A stretch of DNA of 64,000 nt, from contig NC_086126.1 of NCBI RefSeq assembly GCF_963921235.1, positions 17,732,001-17,796,000 on the forward strand. Reading direction: 5' to 3'. The translations under genes were made by a program, and so were the position numbers. Numbering within the stretch: the first letter of the stretch is position 1; the number at the start of each line of letters is the position of its first letter. Below the pieces are notes generated by a model. It was given only the letters and a program-made list of their open reading frames with translations. It was not told the DNA's origin and made no database searches. This DNA comes from Mobula hypostoma (taxonomy: Eukaryota). Below are positions 25,065-36,445 of the stretch, in pieces.

Positions 25065-25430
25065 CTACCTTGTCCATTCATCCTTCCCGCCGATCTCCCT
25101 CCTGGCGCTTATTCTTGCAGGCAGGATAAGTGCTACACCTGCCCCTACCCCTCACTACCTTTCAGGGCCCTCAACAGTCCTCACAGGTAGCGCTGCCTCA
25201 CCTGGAAGTCTGTTGTGTTCAGTGCTCCTGGTGTGGCCTCCTACATATCGATGAGACCCGACGTAGATTGGGAGACCGCTTCACCCTGGATCAGCACTCC
25301 ATCCACCAGAGCAGTGGCCACCCACTTTAATTCCACTTCCCATTCTCATTCTGATATGTCCAGTGATGGCCTCCTCCAGAGTCGTGATGAGGCCACGCTT
25401 CAGTTGGAGAAACAACTCCTTATATTCTGT
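25065..25430 (+). mobile_element. Older PLE fragment, right part (GIY-YIG)
   Basis: CSWCGLLHIDETRRRLGDRF, VATHFNSTSHSHSD, LEKQLLIF. Confidence 0.8.
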
Positions 25431-25499
25431 ATATTCTGTACTCCTTATATTCCTAAATCTATTTTAAACATCCCCTCTCTCCATTTAAATTAAAGCTCT

Positions 25500-26460
25500 G
25501 CTCTTGAGTATCTGACATTTGCTTCCTCTCACATCAATTCCATCCAGGGCTTTCAATATTCAATAGTTTTCAATACTATCCTCTGTCATTCCTCTAGACT
25601 CCAGCCAGTCCAGGCCAAGAGCATCAAATGATCATTACGTCGTTGTCCCTTCAGTCCCGGGATCATTCCCGTGAGTCTCCCCTGCAGCCTCTGCAATGCC
25701 AGCAGCTTAGAAAAGTGACCCACATCTGCTCATAATCCTCCAAATATGGCCTGACCAAACCCTTGTAAAGCCTCAGCATTAGATGTTTGTTTTTATATTC
25801 TAGTTCTCTTGAAATGAATGGAAACATTACATTTGCCTTCCTTTTTCCTTATTGGACACGACCCACCCAGCCAACACACTTTTCGTCCCTCTTCCCTCCA
25901 GGAGAAGGTTCAGGAGCTTGAAGACTCGTACGGCCAGATTTGGGAACAGCTTCTTTCCAGCCGTGATAAGACTGCTGAACGGATCCTGACCCGGATCTGG
26001 GCTGTACCCTCCGAATATCCGGACCTGCCTCTCGGTTTTTTTGCACTACCTTACTTCCCATTTTTCTATTTTCTATTTATGATTTATAATTTAAATGTTT
26101 AATATTTACTAATTTTAACTATTTTTAATATTTGTAATCCAGGGAGTGTGAAGCGGAGAACCAAATATTGCTGTGATGATTGTATGTTCCAGTACCAATT
26201 GTTTGGCGACAATAAAGTATAAAGTATAAAATATTACCAGCTCAACGTGCACATTGACCTTTAGGGGACCCCAAAGTCCCTTTGCACGTCCGATTTCTCA
26301 ATTCGCTCCCTAATTACAAAGAGCTTACACCTTTATTTCTCCTACCAAAGTACATGACCACACACGTCCTTACACTGTATTTCATCTGGCACTTCCTTGT
26401 CCATTCTCCAAATCTGTCCAAGTGCTACTGCAGACTCCCTGCTTCCTCAACACTGCCTGC
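25500..26460 (-). mobile_element. Degenerate CR1 fragment interrupted by a Rex1/Babar 3' tail (25852-26230, +)
   Basis: Tail closely matches 35947-36320 and ends in (aagtat)n. Confidence 0.75.
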
Positions 26461-26659
26461 CTCTTCATATCATCCACAGAGTTGGCTTTAAAACTATCAA
26501 TTCTGGATTAGTCACTGTCCAGCTATGGCCTGAGATGAAGCAACGATCTCTTCCCTGGCCTCCACAGTGTATTTTCCAGCTTCCCACAAAGTACGGGAAT
26601 GTACCTGGTAAGGCCCTGGAGATTTAAGAACCTTAATGCATCTTAAAGTGTGCAATACA

Positions 26660-27100
26660 GAACTCTGCCCATTTGAATGTGGTCTAAGACATTCCAGCTC
26701 ATTTCAGATAAGTGTGAGACGGTGCATATTGGAAAGTCAAACCAGTGTAGAACTTACACTATGAATGATCGGTCATTGGGGAGTGGAATGGGCCGGAGAG
26801 ATTTAGGGGTAAAGTGCACACACAGTTCATTGAAAGTTGTGTCACTGGTAGACAGGGTGGTGATGAACGGGGTTTAATATGCTGGTCTTCATTAGTCAGG
26901 GGATAGAGTATATCAGTTGGGACATTACGATACAGTTGTGTAAGTGACTGGAGGCCTCACTTGCCGATTTGTGTACAGCTCTTGTCACCGTTATAGGAAA
27001 CGTGGTTAAACTGGGGAGAGTGCAGAAAAGATTTCCAATGATGTTTCCCGGACCCGAGGTTCTCAGTTACACAGAGAGTTTGGCCAGACAATGTCCTTTG
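26660..27100 (+). mobile_element. Degenerate CR1 RT fragment
   Basis: DKCETVHIGKSN, RDLGV, SLKVVSLVDRVV. Confidence 0.7.
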
Positions 27101-27180
27101 TCCTTTATTCCTCGGTACAGGCCTCTGAATGTGCAGATGTGAACATTGTGTCAGCATAACGCCAAGAGATTCTGGGAATG

Positions 27181-27310
27181 GCGAACAACGCGGACAAAAT
27201 GCTGGAGGAACCCAGCAACTCAGGCAGCATATCCCACCAGAGTCCTGATGAAGGGTCTCGGCGCGAAATGTCGACTGTTTATTCTCACCATTGATACTGC
27301 CTGACTTGCT
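27181..27310. mobile_element. Fold-back PLE-derived element upstream of H1
   Basis: Inverted arms; degenerate TSD gattctgggaatg / gattcagagagtg (10/13). Confidence 0.7.
27241..27277 (+). ncRNA. Best-preserved minimal hammerhead ribozyme motif
   Basis: agtc-CTGATGA-agggtctcggcgc-GAA-atgt-C-gact; stem I AGTC/GACT; GUC cleavage triplet 27270-27272. Confidence 0.75.
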
Positions 27311-27357
27311 GATTCAGAGAGTGTTTTAAAGCGGCGGGCGGATTAGACGAGTATCAC

Positions 27358-27783
27358 TGTGTTTGTGGGTCCGAACACATCGCCGGATTTCCCAGCGCCT
27401 CCTGTACAAAATGAAAAGATTTCTCTGTTACGGGATGGTCCCACTCCCCAGCTCAGTCCCGAAGCGGGAATTAAACGCAAAGTTTTAGTTAGTTTCAAAA
27501 TTTCAGCCGAAAAGCAGAGAACAGGTCAACAAAATGGAGAGAGATTGCGGGCAGTGCAGTAATGAAACGGGTTAAAATAGAAAGTGCTGCCTTTAATCCC
27601 GATTAAACTCTTTTTCCGGCGAACTTTCCGGCCTCAGTGACAAACAGGGACCAGTCCGAGTCTCCGGAGTGTCCGATTTTAATTGGAATCGGAGAGTTTT
27701 TTAGGAGAGAGAAACACAGAAAAATGAAGCCGCCAGGAACTGACAGCAGGATGTCTCCGCCCCGTCCGCTCGCTGCCTTTAAA
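27358..27783 (+). promoter_or_regulatory. H1 promoter: TG-box, H1/AC-box, GC box, TATA-like
   Basis: tgtgttt 27358-27364; aaacaca 27712-27718; ccgccc 27757; tttaaa 27778. Confidence 0.75.
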
Positions 27784-27858
27784 TTGCTCTGGGCCGCCGC
27801 CTTTCGCTTTATTTCTCATTCAGTCTGATTGGGAGAAGCATTTTCCAGAGTCGCCGAC

Positions 27859-28494
27859 ATGACCGAGACAGCACCCGCCGAAACGGCTCCTCCAGCCGCA
27901 CCCGCCGCCGCAAAGAAGACTCCCAAGAAGAAGGCGGCCGGCCGGAGCAAACCAGCCGGTCCCAAGCTGGGCGAACAAATCGATAAGATTGTGGCGGATT
28001 GTCGCGACAGGAAGGGGATGTCCGCTGTGGCCATCATGAAGGCTCTGACCAGCAGCGGTGTCGATGTGGGGAAACGTCGCGCCCAGATCAGGATGTGCAT
28101 CAAGAAGAGAGTGGAAAGCGGCTCCTTGGTTCAGACCAAGGGCGCGGGTCTTTCGGGATCCTTTAAATCCGGTCAAGGAAAAAGTGCCGTGAAAGCGGTG
28201 AAGAAAGCGAAAAAGCCATCGGTAAAGAAATCTCCCAGCAAGAAGTCCGGCGCCAAGAAACCAGCAGCTAAAAAGGCGGCAGCGAAGAAACCAGCGGCTA
28301 AAAAACCAGCAACTAAGAAACCAGCGGCTAAAAAGGCGACAGCGAAGAAACCAGCGGCTAAAAAGGCGACAGCGAAGAAACCAGCGGCTAAAAAGGCGGC
28401 AGCTAAGAAACCAGCGGCGTCGAAGCCAAAGAGCCCCAAGAAACTCGCAGCCCCGAAGAAGAAGGCGGCCAAGAAGACAGCAGGCAAAAAGTGA
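27859..28494 (+). CDS. H1: Histone H1 (divergent globular domain)
   Basis: ATG 27859; [14 protein letters not shown]; Lys/Ala/Pro tail of [10 protein letters not shown] repeats; 211 aa. Confidence 0.95.
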   Translation: MTETAPAETAPPAAPAAAKKTPKKKAAGRSKPAGPKLGEQIDKIVADCRDRKGMSAVAIMKALTSSGVDVGKRRAQIRMCIKKRVESGSLVQTKGAGLSGSFKSGQGKSAVKAVKKAKKPSVKKSPSKKSGAKKPAAKKAAAKKPAAKKPATKKPAAKKATAKKPAAKKATAKKPAAKKAAAKKPAASKPKSPKKLAAPKKKAAKKTAGKK

Positions 28495-28530
28495 ATTGAG
28501 ATATACCGTTTGTAAGTGTTTGAACCCAAC

Positions 28531-28569
28531 GGCTCTTCTCAGAGCCACCCACATCTCAGAAAAGAGCTG
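28531..28569 (+). terminator. Histone stem-loop plus HDE
   Basis: ggctcttctcagagcc 28531-28546; aaagagctg 28561-28569. Confidence 0.95.
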
Positions 28570-29374
28570 ATCATGAATATTGAGATTCCCGCGCCGGGTC
28601 CGACTGAGTTTTGCGGGGGAACTTCTCGCATAAAACCAGATATTCCCGGTACCTCGCTGACATTCAGTGCCGCCGTGACGTCGCAGATTTGAAGTGAAAC
28701 GCTGCGTTTCACTCGGGCTGTGTGTGTGAGAGAGAGTGAGACCGGTGGGGTGGTCTGCAGGCCCAGTTCCTTCTCCCGCTCCAGGAGAGCGTGACTGAGA
28801 TTCCGCACCTCGCATCCCAAGGCCCGATTCAGCTGAGTTGATTGGGAACTGCTGAATCCTATGTGAGAGGTGAGGGGGCGTCTTGAGAGAGGGATCTGTC
28901 TGTGGGGATGGACTGCAGGGGGAAGATATATGAGAAACTACCCGGTGACATTGCCGACTGACCTTCAATCAGGTATGAGCCACAAAACTACATAAGTTTA
29001 TTCACACAAAACACCAACATTAAATATGTACTGGAGAGTGAAATCAAATTACAAAAACAATAAGCACTATTGCCTGGGGTCACCGCTCACGGAAATCACT
29101 CTCTCTACCCATCTCGACCTCATGCTCCCACTCCAAGTACAGCCGGGAATGTCCAAAGCAAACAAAACGGAACAGCCGAACCAGCGGTACATGGCAGGTT
29201 TGTGGGAGAAGTGAAGGGCCAGGTGAGACCCTGACAGGGAGGGAGCGCGTTCATCTCCTGTCTCTCGCTGAATTAACCTGTCGGCACAGAACAGCTGATG
29301 ATCGCGGTCAGTTAATGCAAAACCGAACAACCCCATCAGGAAGGCAGATCGCCACTACAATAATCAGCAAGCGA

Positions 29375-29415
29375 CAGCCCTTTCCTTTGCTGTGGTAGTG
29401 GCTCTTAAAAGAGCC
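29375..29415 (-). terminator. H3 stem-loop plus HDE
   Basis: Reverse complement ggctcttttaagagcc 29400-29415; aaaggaaagggctg. Confidence 0.95.
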
Positions 29416-29444
29416 TTTTCTTCTGTTTGTTGAGGAGGCCGGGT

Positions 29445-29861
<417 letters not shown>

Positions 29862-29926
29862 TCAGAACCGACAACACAGGCTGAAATACAGGAACAAGAT
29901 AGACGAAACGGGTTCAGGGACAGGAT

Positions 29927-30135
29927 TTTATACTGTTGGAAAGAGTCTGCCCGTCAGCTCTGATTGGTTGAACCAGGTGTCTATTAAGGTTCCTTACTGC
30001 GATTGGTTGATTCATTTCCTGCAGGCTGGCGGCGAATAAAAATTTACGACAAATAAAGATTTGCCGGGCGGTCGGACTTCATTCATGCAGAGTGATTGGC
30101 GCCGGATTAATGTAAAATCGCCCGCCAATTTCAGA
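29927..30135 (-). promoter_or_regulatory. H3 promoter
   Basis: TATAAA (rc) 29927-29932; CCAAT (rc) near 29962, 30001 and 30094. Confidence 0.7.
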
Positions 30136-30481
30136 GCACCCAGTAACGGTGCTTCATTGTTTTATTTACAATTAATTCTATGACGAATTATACAATTTCA
30201 GGTTCAATTAATAAATTTAATATCTAATTTCCTCAGGTAGGATTTAAATGCACAACTACGGAATCGTTCTCTAAACGAGTGAACTGATTTCTGTTCGAAA
30301 CTGATAGAGGATTAAGATGGATCCTAATGCAGGTTTTGCGGTAATCACCGACTACAAAGGCAGAATTCAAGTATGTTCCAAGCGGAATCGATCAATCTGT
30401 ATCAAATGCAACTGAGCTGAGTATAAAATTTAAAAAAATCTAAAAGTCTGTGGATACGGCTCCGTCTGTGAGGCGGTGGGT

Positions 30482-30497
30482 GGCTCTTAGAAGAGCC
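30482..30497 (-). terminator. H4 stem-loop
   Basis: Reverse complement ggctcttctaagagcc. Confidence 0.93.
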
Positions 30498-30530
30498 TTT
30501 GTTTTGTGCTCGGGAGGAGGTGGGAGTTTT

Positions 30531-30851
<321 letters not shown>

Positions 30852-31169
30852 TCACTCAGGTCGCTGCTCACTGACAAACTGCCTGCTGCTGTCTCCTTTT
30901 ATACACAGCGCCCCGACCTGCCCGAGAAACGCGCAGAGAGACAGAGGCGGGGAGGGGAGGAGACAGAGTCAGAGTGACGGACAGAGCCGAGAGCGGCCTC
31001 TCATCGTCCAGCTCCGCCTTCACTTTACCACAACCGCCAATTTCCAACGATTCATCCGACACAAAGCGCTCCAGCGAAAACAAAACTCCCTCACACAGAG
31101 TCTGAAAAGAACGAGAGCCAATAAACATGGTGGGACGGATGAGCTGAAATGAGTTTATTTCAACACTAC

Positions 31170-33420
31170 GAGTGTTACGTTAGCCGAGGGACAGGGCTGG
31201 CAGCTCAACAGTCCTGGGTTTGATTGTTTTACATGTGAGTGGGGGGGGGGGGGCGGAGTTAAAAGATGCAGAGGTTACCCCACTGGGAATGTCACAGCAA
31301 ACTGGAAGGCTCATTTACAGAGGCAATCTGCAGTTGCACTGATGGGTTTATCGTATTGGCCCCCAATAACCACTGGGAGGTGGAGGATCGGATATGTTGA
31401 TGCTTATGGAGAGGTGCAGAACAACAGGGTTGTCATAGTGAGGGACTTCATCTTCCCTGGAGATCTTGCTCAAATGCACAAGATTTGTTCAGTGAATCCG
31501 AGGAGTGTTTGAAACATTATGTACAGGGCCCAACCAGAGTTGAGATACAGGAATTATTTTTGAGAAACGGGCCAGGCCAGCTGACAGCCAAGAGTCAGTG
31601 AACAGTTTGGGAACAGTGATCACAACTTTTTTTTACTTATGAGTAAGAATAAAATTAGATCTTGTATGAAGGTACTAATTTGGAGGAGGACAAGTCAGGA
31701 CGGAGGAAAACAGGAGCCAAGGGGCATTGACTGGGAGCAGCCACTGTCAGACAAGTCCACATCTGACATGTGGGGGTTGTTTAAAGAACAGAAACTCTGA
31801 CCTGAGCATCAGCATGTTCCGCTGAGGAGTGAGAAGGATGGTAAGGTAAAGGAACTTTCGATGAGCAGAGAGATCCTAAATTTAGACAGAAGGATATGTA
31901 AGGTTTGTGAAGCTAAAGTCAGACTGGGTACCTTTGGAATATAAAGATAGCGGGGAAATGCTAAAGCAGATGATAGGAAAGGCCAAAGGGGCCACAAACT
32001 GTCCTTGTAATGTGGGACCAAAGATAATCACAAGGCCTTTTGATTTGTATTAATAAGGCGAGGATAACCAGAGAATGGAAAGTTCGACTGAAGATTAAAG
32101 GAGGAATGATGTGGTTGAAGTCAGACCAAGTGGCTGAGCTAGTAAATGGGTACGTTGTGTCAGTGTTTACTGGGGTGAAGGAATTGAATGACAATGAAAA
32201 CAGAGTGAGACATGCTAATGTGAAGAGACGTGTTGAGATTAAGGGGGAGGTTGTGCTGGAACATCGGAAAAGCAATAAGATGGATAAGACTCCAGGGCTT
32301 GAAGGCATATATCCTACAACAGTGAAGGAAGCAAGTGAGCAGATTTGACAAGGATCTATGTGTCCTCCATCACAACATGAGGTCCCACAGGACTGGAGTG
32401 TCACAAATGTTGCAGCTTTGATCAAGAAGGGAAATAACAAGAATCCAGGAACCTATAGGCAGGGCAACCTCATTTCCATGGTAGAGAAGCTACTGGGGAG
32501 GATATTGAGGTACAGGATTTATGCACATTTGGAAAGGCATGGCCTGCTGAGGGACAATCAGCATGGTTTTGTGTGGACAGATCACGCTTGATAAAATTAA
32601 TTGAGGTTTTTGAGGAGGTGATACAGACTAAGATATAGGAGCAGAATTAGACCATTTCGCCCATCAAGTCTGCTCCGACATTTCATTATGGCTGATCCAT
32701 TTTTCCTCTCAGCCCCAGTCTCCTGCCTTTCCCCCATATTCCTTCATACTCTGACCAATCAAGAATCTATCAACCTCTGCCTTAAATATACATAAAGTCT
32801 GGGGTTGACAGCTCCCTGTGGCAATGAATTCCACAGATTCACCACTCTCTGGCTAAAGAAATTCTTCATCTCCACATTCTACAAGGACAATCCTCTATTC
32901 TGAGGCTGTGTCCTCTGATATTAGACACTCCCATCTTCTGCACATCCACTTTATCATTGCCTTTCACCATTCAATAGGTTTCAATTGGGCCACACCTCAT
33001 TGTTCAAAAATTCCAGTGAATACAGGCCCAGAGCCATCAAACACTCTTCATATGACAAGCTGTTTCATCCTGGAATCAATCTGGAGAACGTCCTTTGAAA
33101 CCCATCGAGATTCAGCTCATCCTTCCTCAGATAAAGAGCCCAAAACTGCTCACAATACTACAGTGAGACCTCCCCAGTACTTTATAAAGTCTGATCATTA
33201 TTATGATTGGCACAGATATTGTGGGCCAAAGGGCAGGTTGCCATCTGTTTCATATTGTGTACTGTCGAATATGTTTGATCTAACAGCTATTGCAGGGACA
33301 TGGTTACAGAGACTGGGACTGGGAATTCGACATTCCACTGTATTCAATGTTCCACACGGAATCGGCAAAATGGAAAAGAGCAGGGTGGATTTGTTCATAA
33401 CGTGCTGGTGAAGGAGTGGA
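31170..33420. mobile_element. Degenerate CR1 fragments (+ 31170-32625; - 32625-33200)
   Basis: KTPGLEGIYP, WSVTNVAALIKKG, NQHGFV; inverted 3' tail. Confidence 0.75.
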
Positions 33421-34853
33421 TACAGTGCCTATAAAAAATGTTCAGTCTCCTTAGAAGTTATTGTGTTTTATTATTCTGCAATGGATTTAATTTGGCTTTT
33501 TTGGCACTGATCAACAGAAGACTATGGTGTCACAGTGAAAACAGATCTCTACAAAGTGATCTAAATTAATTGTAAATATGAAACAAAATAATTCATTGCC
33601 TTTGCATTCACCTCCTTCTAATCAGTAATTAGTTGGTGCACCTTTGACAGTATTTACAGTTGAGTCTGTGTGGATAGGTGTCTATCAGCTTTGCACATCT
33701 GAACACTGCAATTTTCCCCATTCTTCTTTACAAAACTGCTGAAGCTCTGTCAGAATGCATGGGTTGGTGAGCGAACACTTCTTTTCAAGTCCAGCCACAA
33801 ATTCTCAATTGGATTGAGGTCTGGACTCTCACAAAGCCACTCCAGGACATTAACTTTGTTGTTTTAAGGCATTCCTGTGCAGCTTTGGTTTTGTGCTTGC
33901 GGTCATTGTCTTGCTGGAAAATTAATTTTCTCCTAAGTCGCAGTTCATTTGAAGACTGAATTAGGTTTTCCTCCAGGATTTCCCTGTATTTTGCTGCATT
34001 CATTTTACCCTCTACCTTTACGTGCCTTTCAGGGCCTGCTGCAGTGAAGCATACCCACAGGATGATGCAGCCTCCACCATACTTCACGGTAGGGATGGTG
34101 TGTTTTTGATGTTGTGCGGTGTTTGGCTTACTCCAAACTTAGTGTTTGTGATGGTCAAAAGGTTTAATTTTGTTTTCATCAGACCATAGAATCTTCTTCC
34201 AACTAACTTCAGAGTCCCCCACAATTCTGGGAAACTCCAGGGAAGATTTCATGAGAGCATTTTTCAACAGTGGCTTTTTCTCTGCCACTCTCCCATAAAA
34301 CTGCGACTGGTGAAACACCCGGGCAACAGTTGATGTATGCACAATCTCTCCCACCACTGAAGCTTGTAACTCCTCTAGAGTTATCATAGGTCTCTTGGTG
34401 GCCTCCCTCACTGGCCCCTTCTTGCATGGTCACTCAGTTTCTGAGGATAACCTGCTCTTGGCAGGTTTACAGCTGTGCCATATTCTTCCCACTTCTGGAT
34501 GAGTGACTTAACTATACTCCAAGGGCATTCAGTGACTTGGAAATGTTCTTGTATCCATCTCCTGGCTTGTGTTTTTCAATTACCTGTTTGCAGAGCAGCT
34601 CAGAGTGTTGATTTGTCTTCACGGTGTAGTTTCTCCCAGGATACTGACTCACCAGCAGTTCGACCTTCCACTTACAGGTGTACTATTACTACACAATCAA
34701 TTGAAACACCCTGACTGCACAGGGTCATCTTCATTTAACTGATCATGTAACTTCGAAAACTAATTGGCTGCACCAGTGATGATTTGGTGTGTCATATTAA
34801 AAGGGGTGAATACTTATGCAGACAATTATTTTGTGTTTTAGATTCATAATTAA

Positions 34854-36330
34854 GTCACACGACCTCACTTCAGAAAATTGGACCATCAGGCCGTACTCCT
34901 CCTCCCGGCTTACAAACAGATACTGAAGCGGGAGGTCACGGTGTCAAATGTAGTGTCGTTTTGGATGGAGGAAATGGATGACGTCCTCCGTGACTGCTTT
35001 AAGTTGGTGGACTGGTACCTCGATGATTTGCAATTCGCCTACCGGAGCAACAGGTCAACGGCAGATGCCATCTCTCTAGCCCTACATTCCTCCTTAGAAC
35101 ACCTGGAGAATAAAGACGCATACGTAAGGAACATTTTCATTGACTACAGCTCTGCCTTTAAAACCATAATTCCAAATAAACTGATTCCTAAGCTCTGGAA
35201 CCTAGGCCTCAGCACTCAGATCTGCAGCTGGATCTTCAACTTCCTCACAGACAGGACCCAGGCTGTAAAAATAGGGGACAAGATCTCCTCTACAATAACT
35301 CTGAGCACCGGTGCCCCACAAGGCTGTGTACTCAGCCCCCTGCTGTACTCCGTGTACACCCATAATTGTGTAGCCACGTTTCCATCAAACGCAATATGTA
35401 AGTTTGCTGATGACACAACAATTGTCTGCTGTATCTCTGGTAATGATGAGTTTGAGTACAGAGAGGAAATTAAGAACCTGGTGGCATGGTGCGAAGACAA
35501 TAACCTATCCCCCAACGTCAGCAAGACGAAGGAATTGGTTGTTGACTTCAGAAGGAGTAGCGGACAGCACAACCCAATTTACATCGGTGGTGCGCAAGTG
35601 GAACAGGTCAAAAGCTTTAAGGTCCTCAGGGTCAAAATCACAAATGACCTGACTTGGTCCAACCAAGCAGAGTTCACTGCCAAGAAGGCCCACCAGCGCC
35701 TTTACTTCCTGAGAAAACTGAAGAAATTTGGCCTGTCCTCTAAAACCCTCACTAATTTTTATAGATGTACCGCAGAATGCATTCTTCTGGGGTACATCAC
35801 AACCTGGTATGGAAGTTGCCCTGCCCAAGACCAAAAGAAGCTGCAGAAGATCGTGAACACGGCACAGCACATCACACAAACCAATCTTCCGTCCGTGGAC
35901 TCACTTTACATCGCACGCTGTCAGAGCAGTGCTGCCAGGATAATCAAGGACACGACCCACCCAGCCAACACACTTTTTGTCCCTCTTCCCTCCGGGAGAA
36001 GGCTCAGGAGCTTGAAGGCTTGTACAGCCAGATTTGGGAACATCTTCTTTCCAACTGTGATAAGACTGCTGAACAGATCCTGACCCGGATCTGGGCCGTA
36101 CCCTCCAAATATTTTTTTTTGCACTTCCTTACTTTCCATTTTTCTATTTTCTATTTATGATTTATAATTTAATTTTTAATATTTACTAAGTTTTACTATT
36201 TTTAATATTTTTAATATTTAATATTTGTAATCCAGGGAGTGGGAAGCGCAGAATCAAATATCGCTGTGATGATTTTACGTTCTAGTATCAATTGTTTGGC
36301 GACAATAAAGTATAAAGTATAAGTATAAGT
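34854..36330 (+). mobile_element. Rex1/Babar LINE, 5'-truncated with internal deletion; RT ORF 34878-36083
   Basis: LQFAYRSNRSTADAI, FIDYSSAF, GAPQGCVLSPLLYS, KFADDTT, KKAHQRLYFLRKL, LPSGRR; TSD ataattaa; (aagtat)n tail. Confidence 0.92.
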
Positions 36331-36445
36331 ATAATTAATTGAGAGCATTTTGTAGAGATTTGTTTTCACTTTGACACAAAAGAGTCTTTTTCCATTGATT
36401 GGTTTCAAAAAAAAAGCCAAACTCAATCTACTTCTAAGGGGTAAA

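Noticed and set aside
27820-28968. 382-aa antisense ORF over H1
   Set aside because: Shadow of the repetitive Lys/Ala codons; no independent gene signals
31178-31225. tRNA-like text gttagccgag...gggtttga
   Set aside because: No cloverleaf; reads as decayed CR1 endonuclease coding sequence
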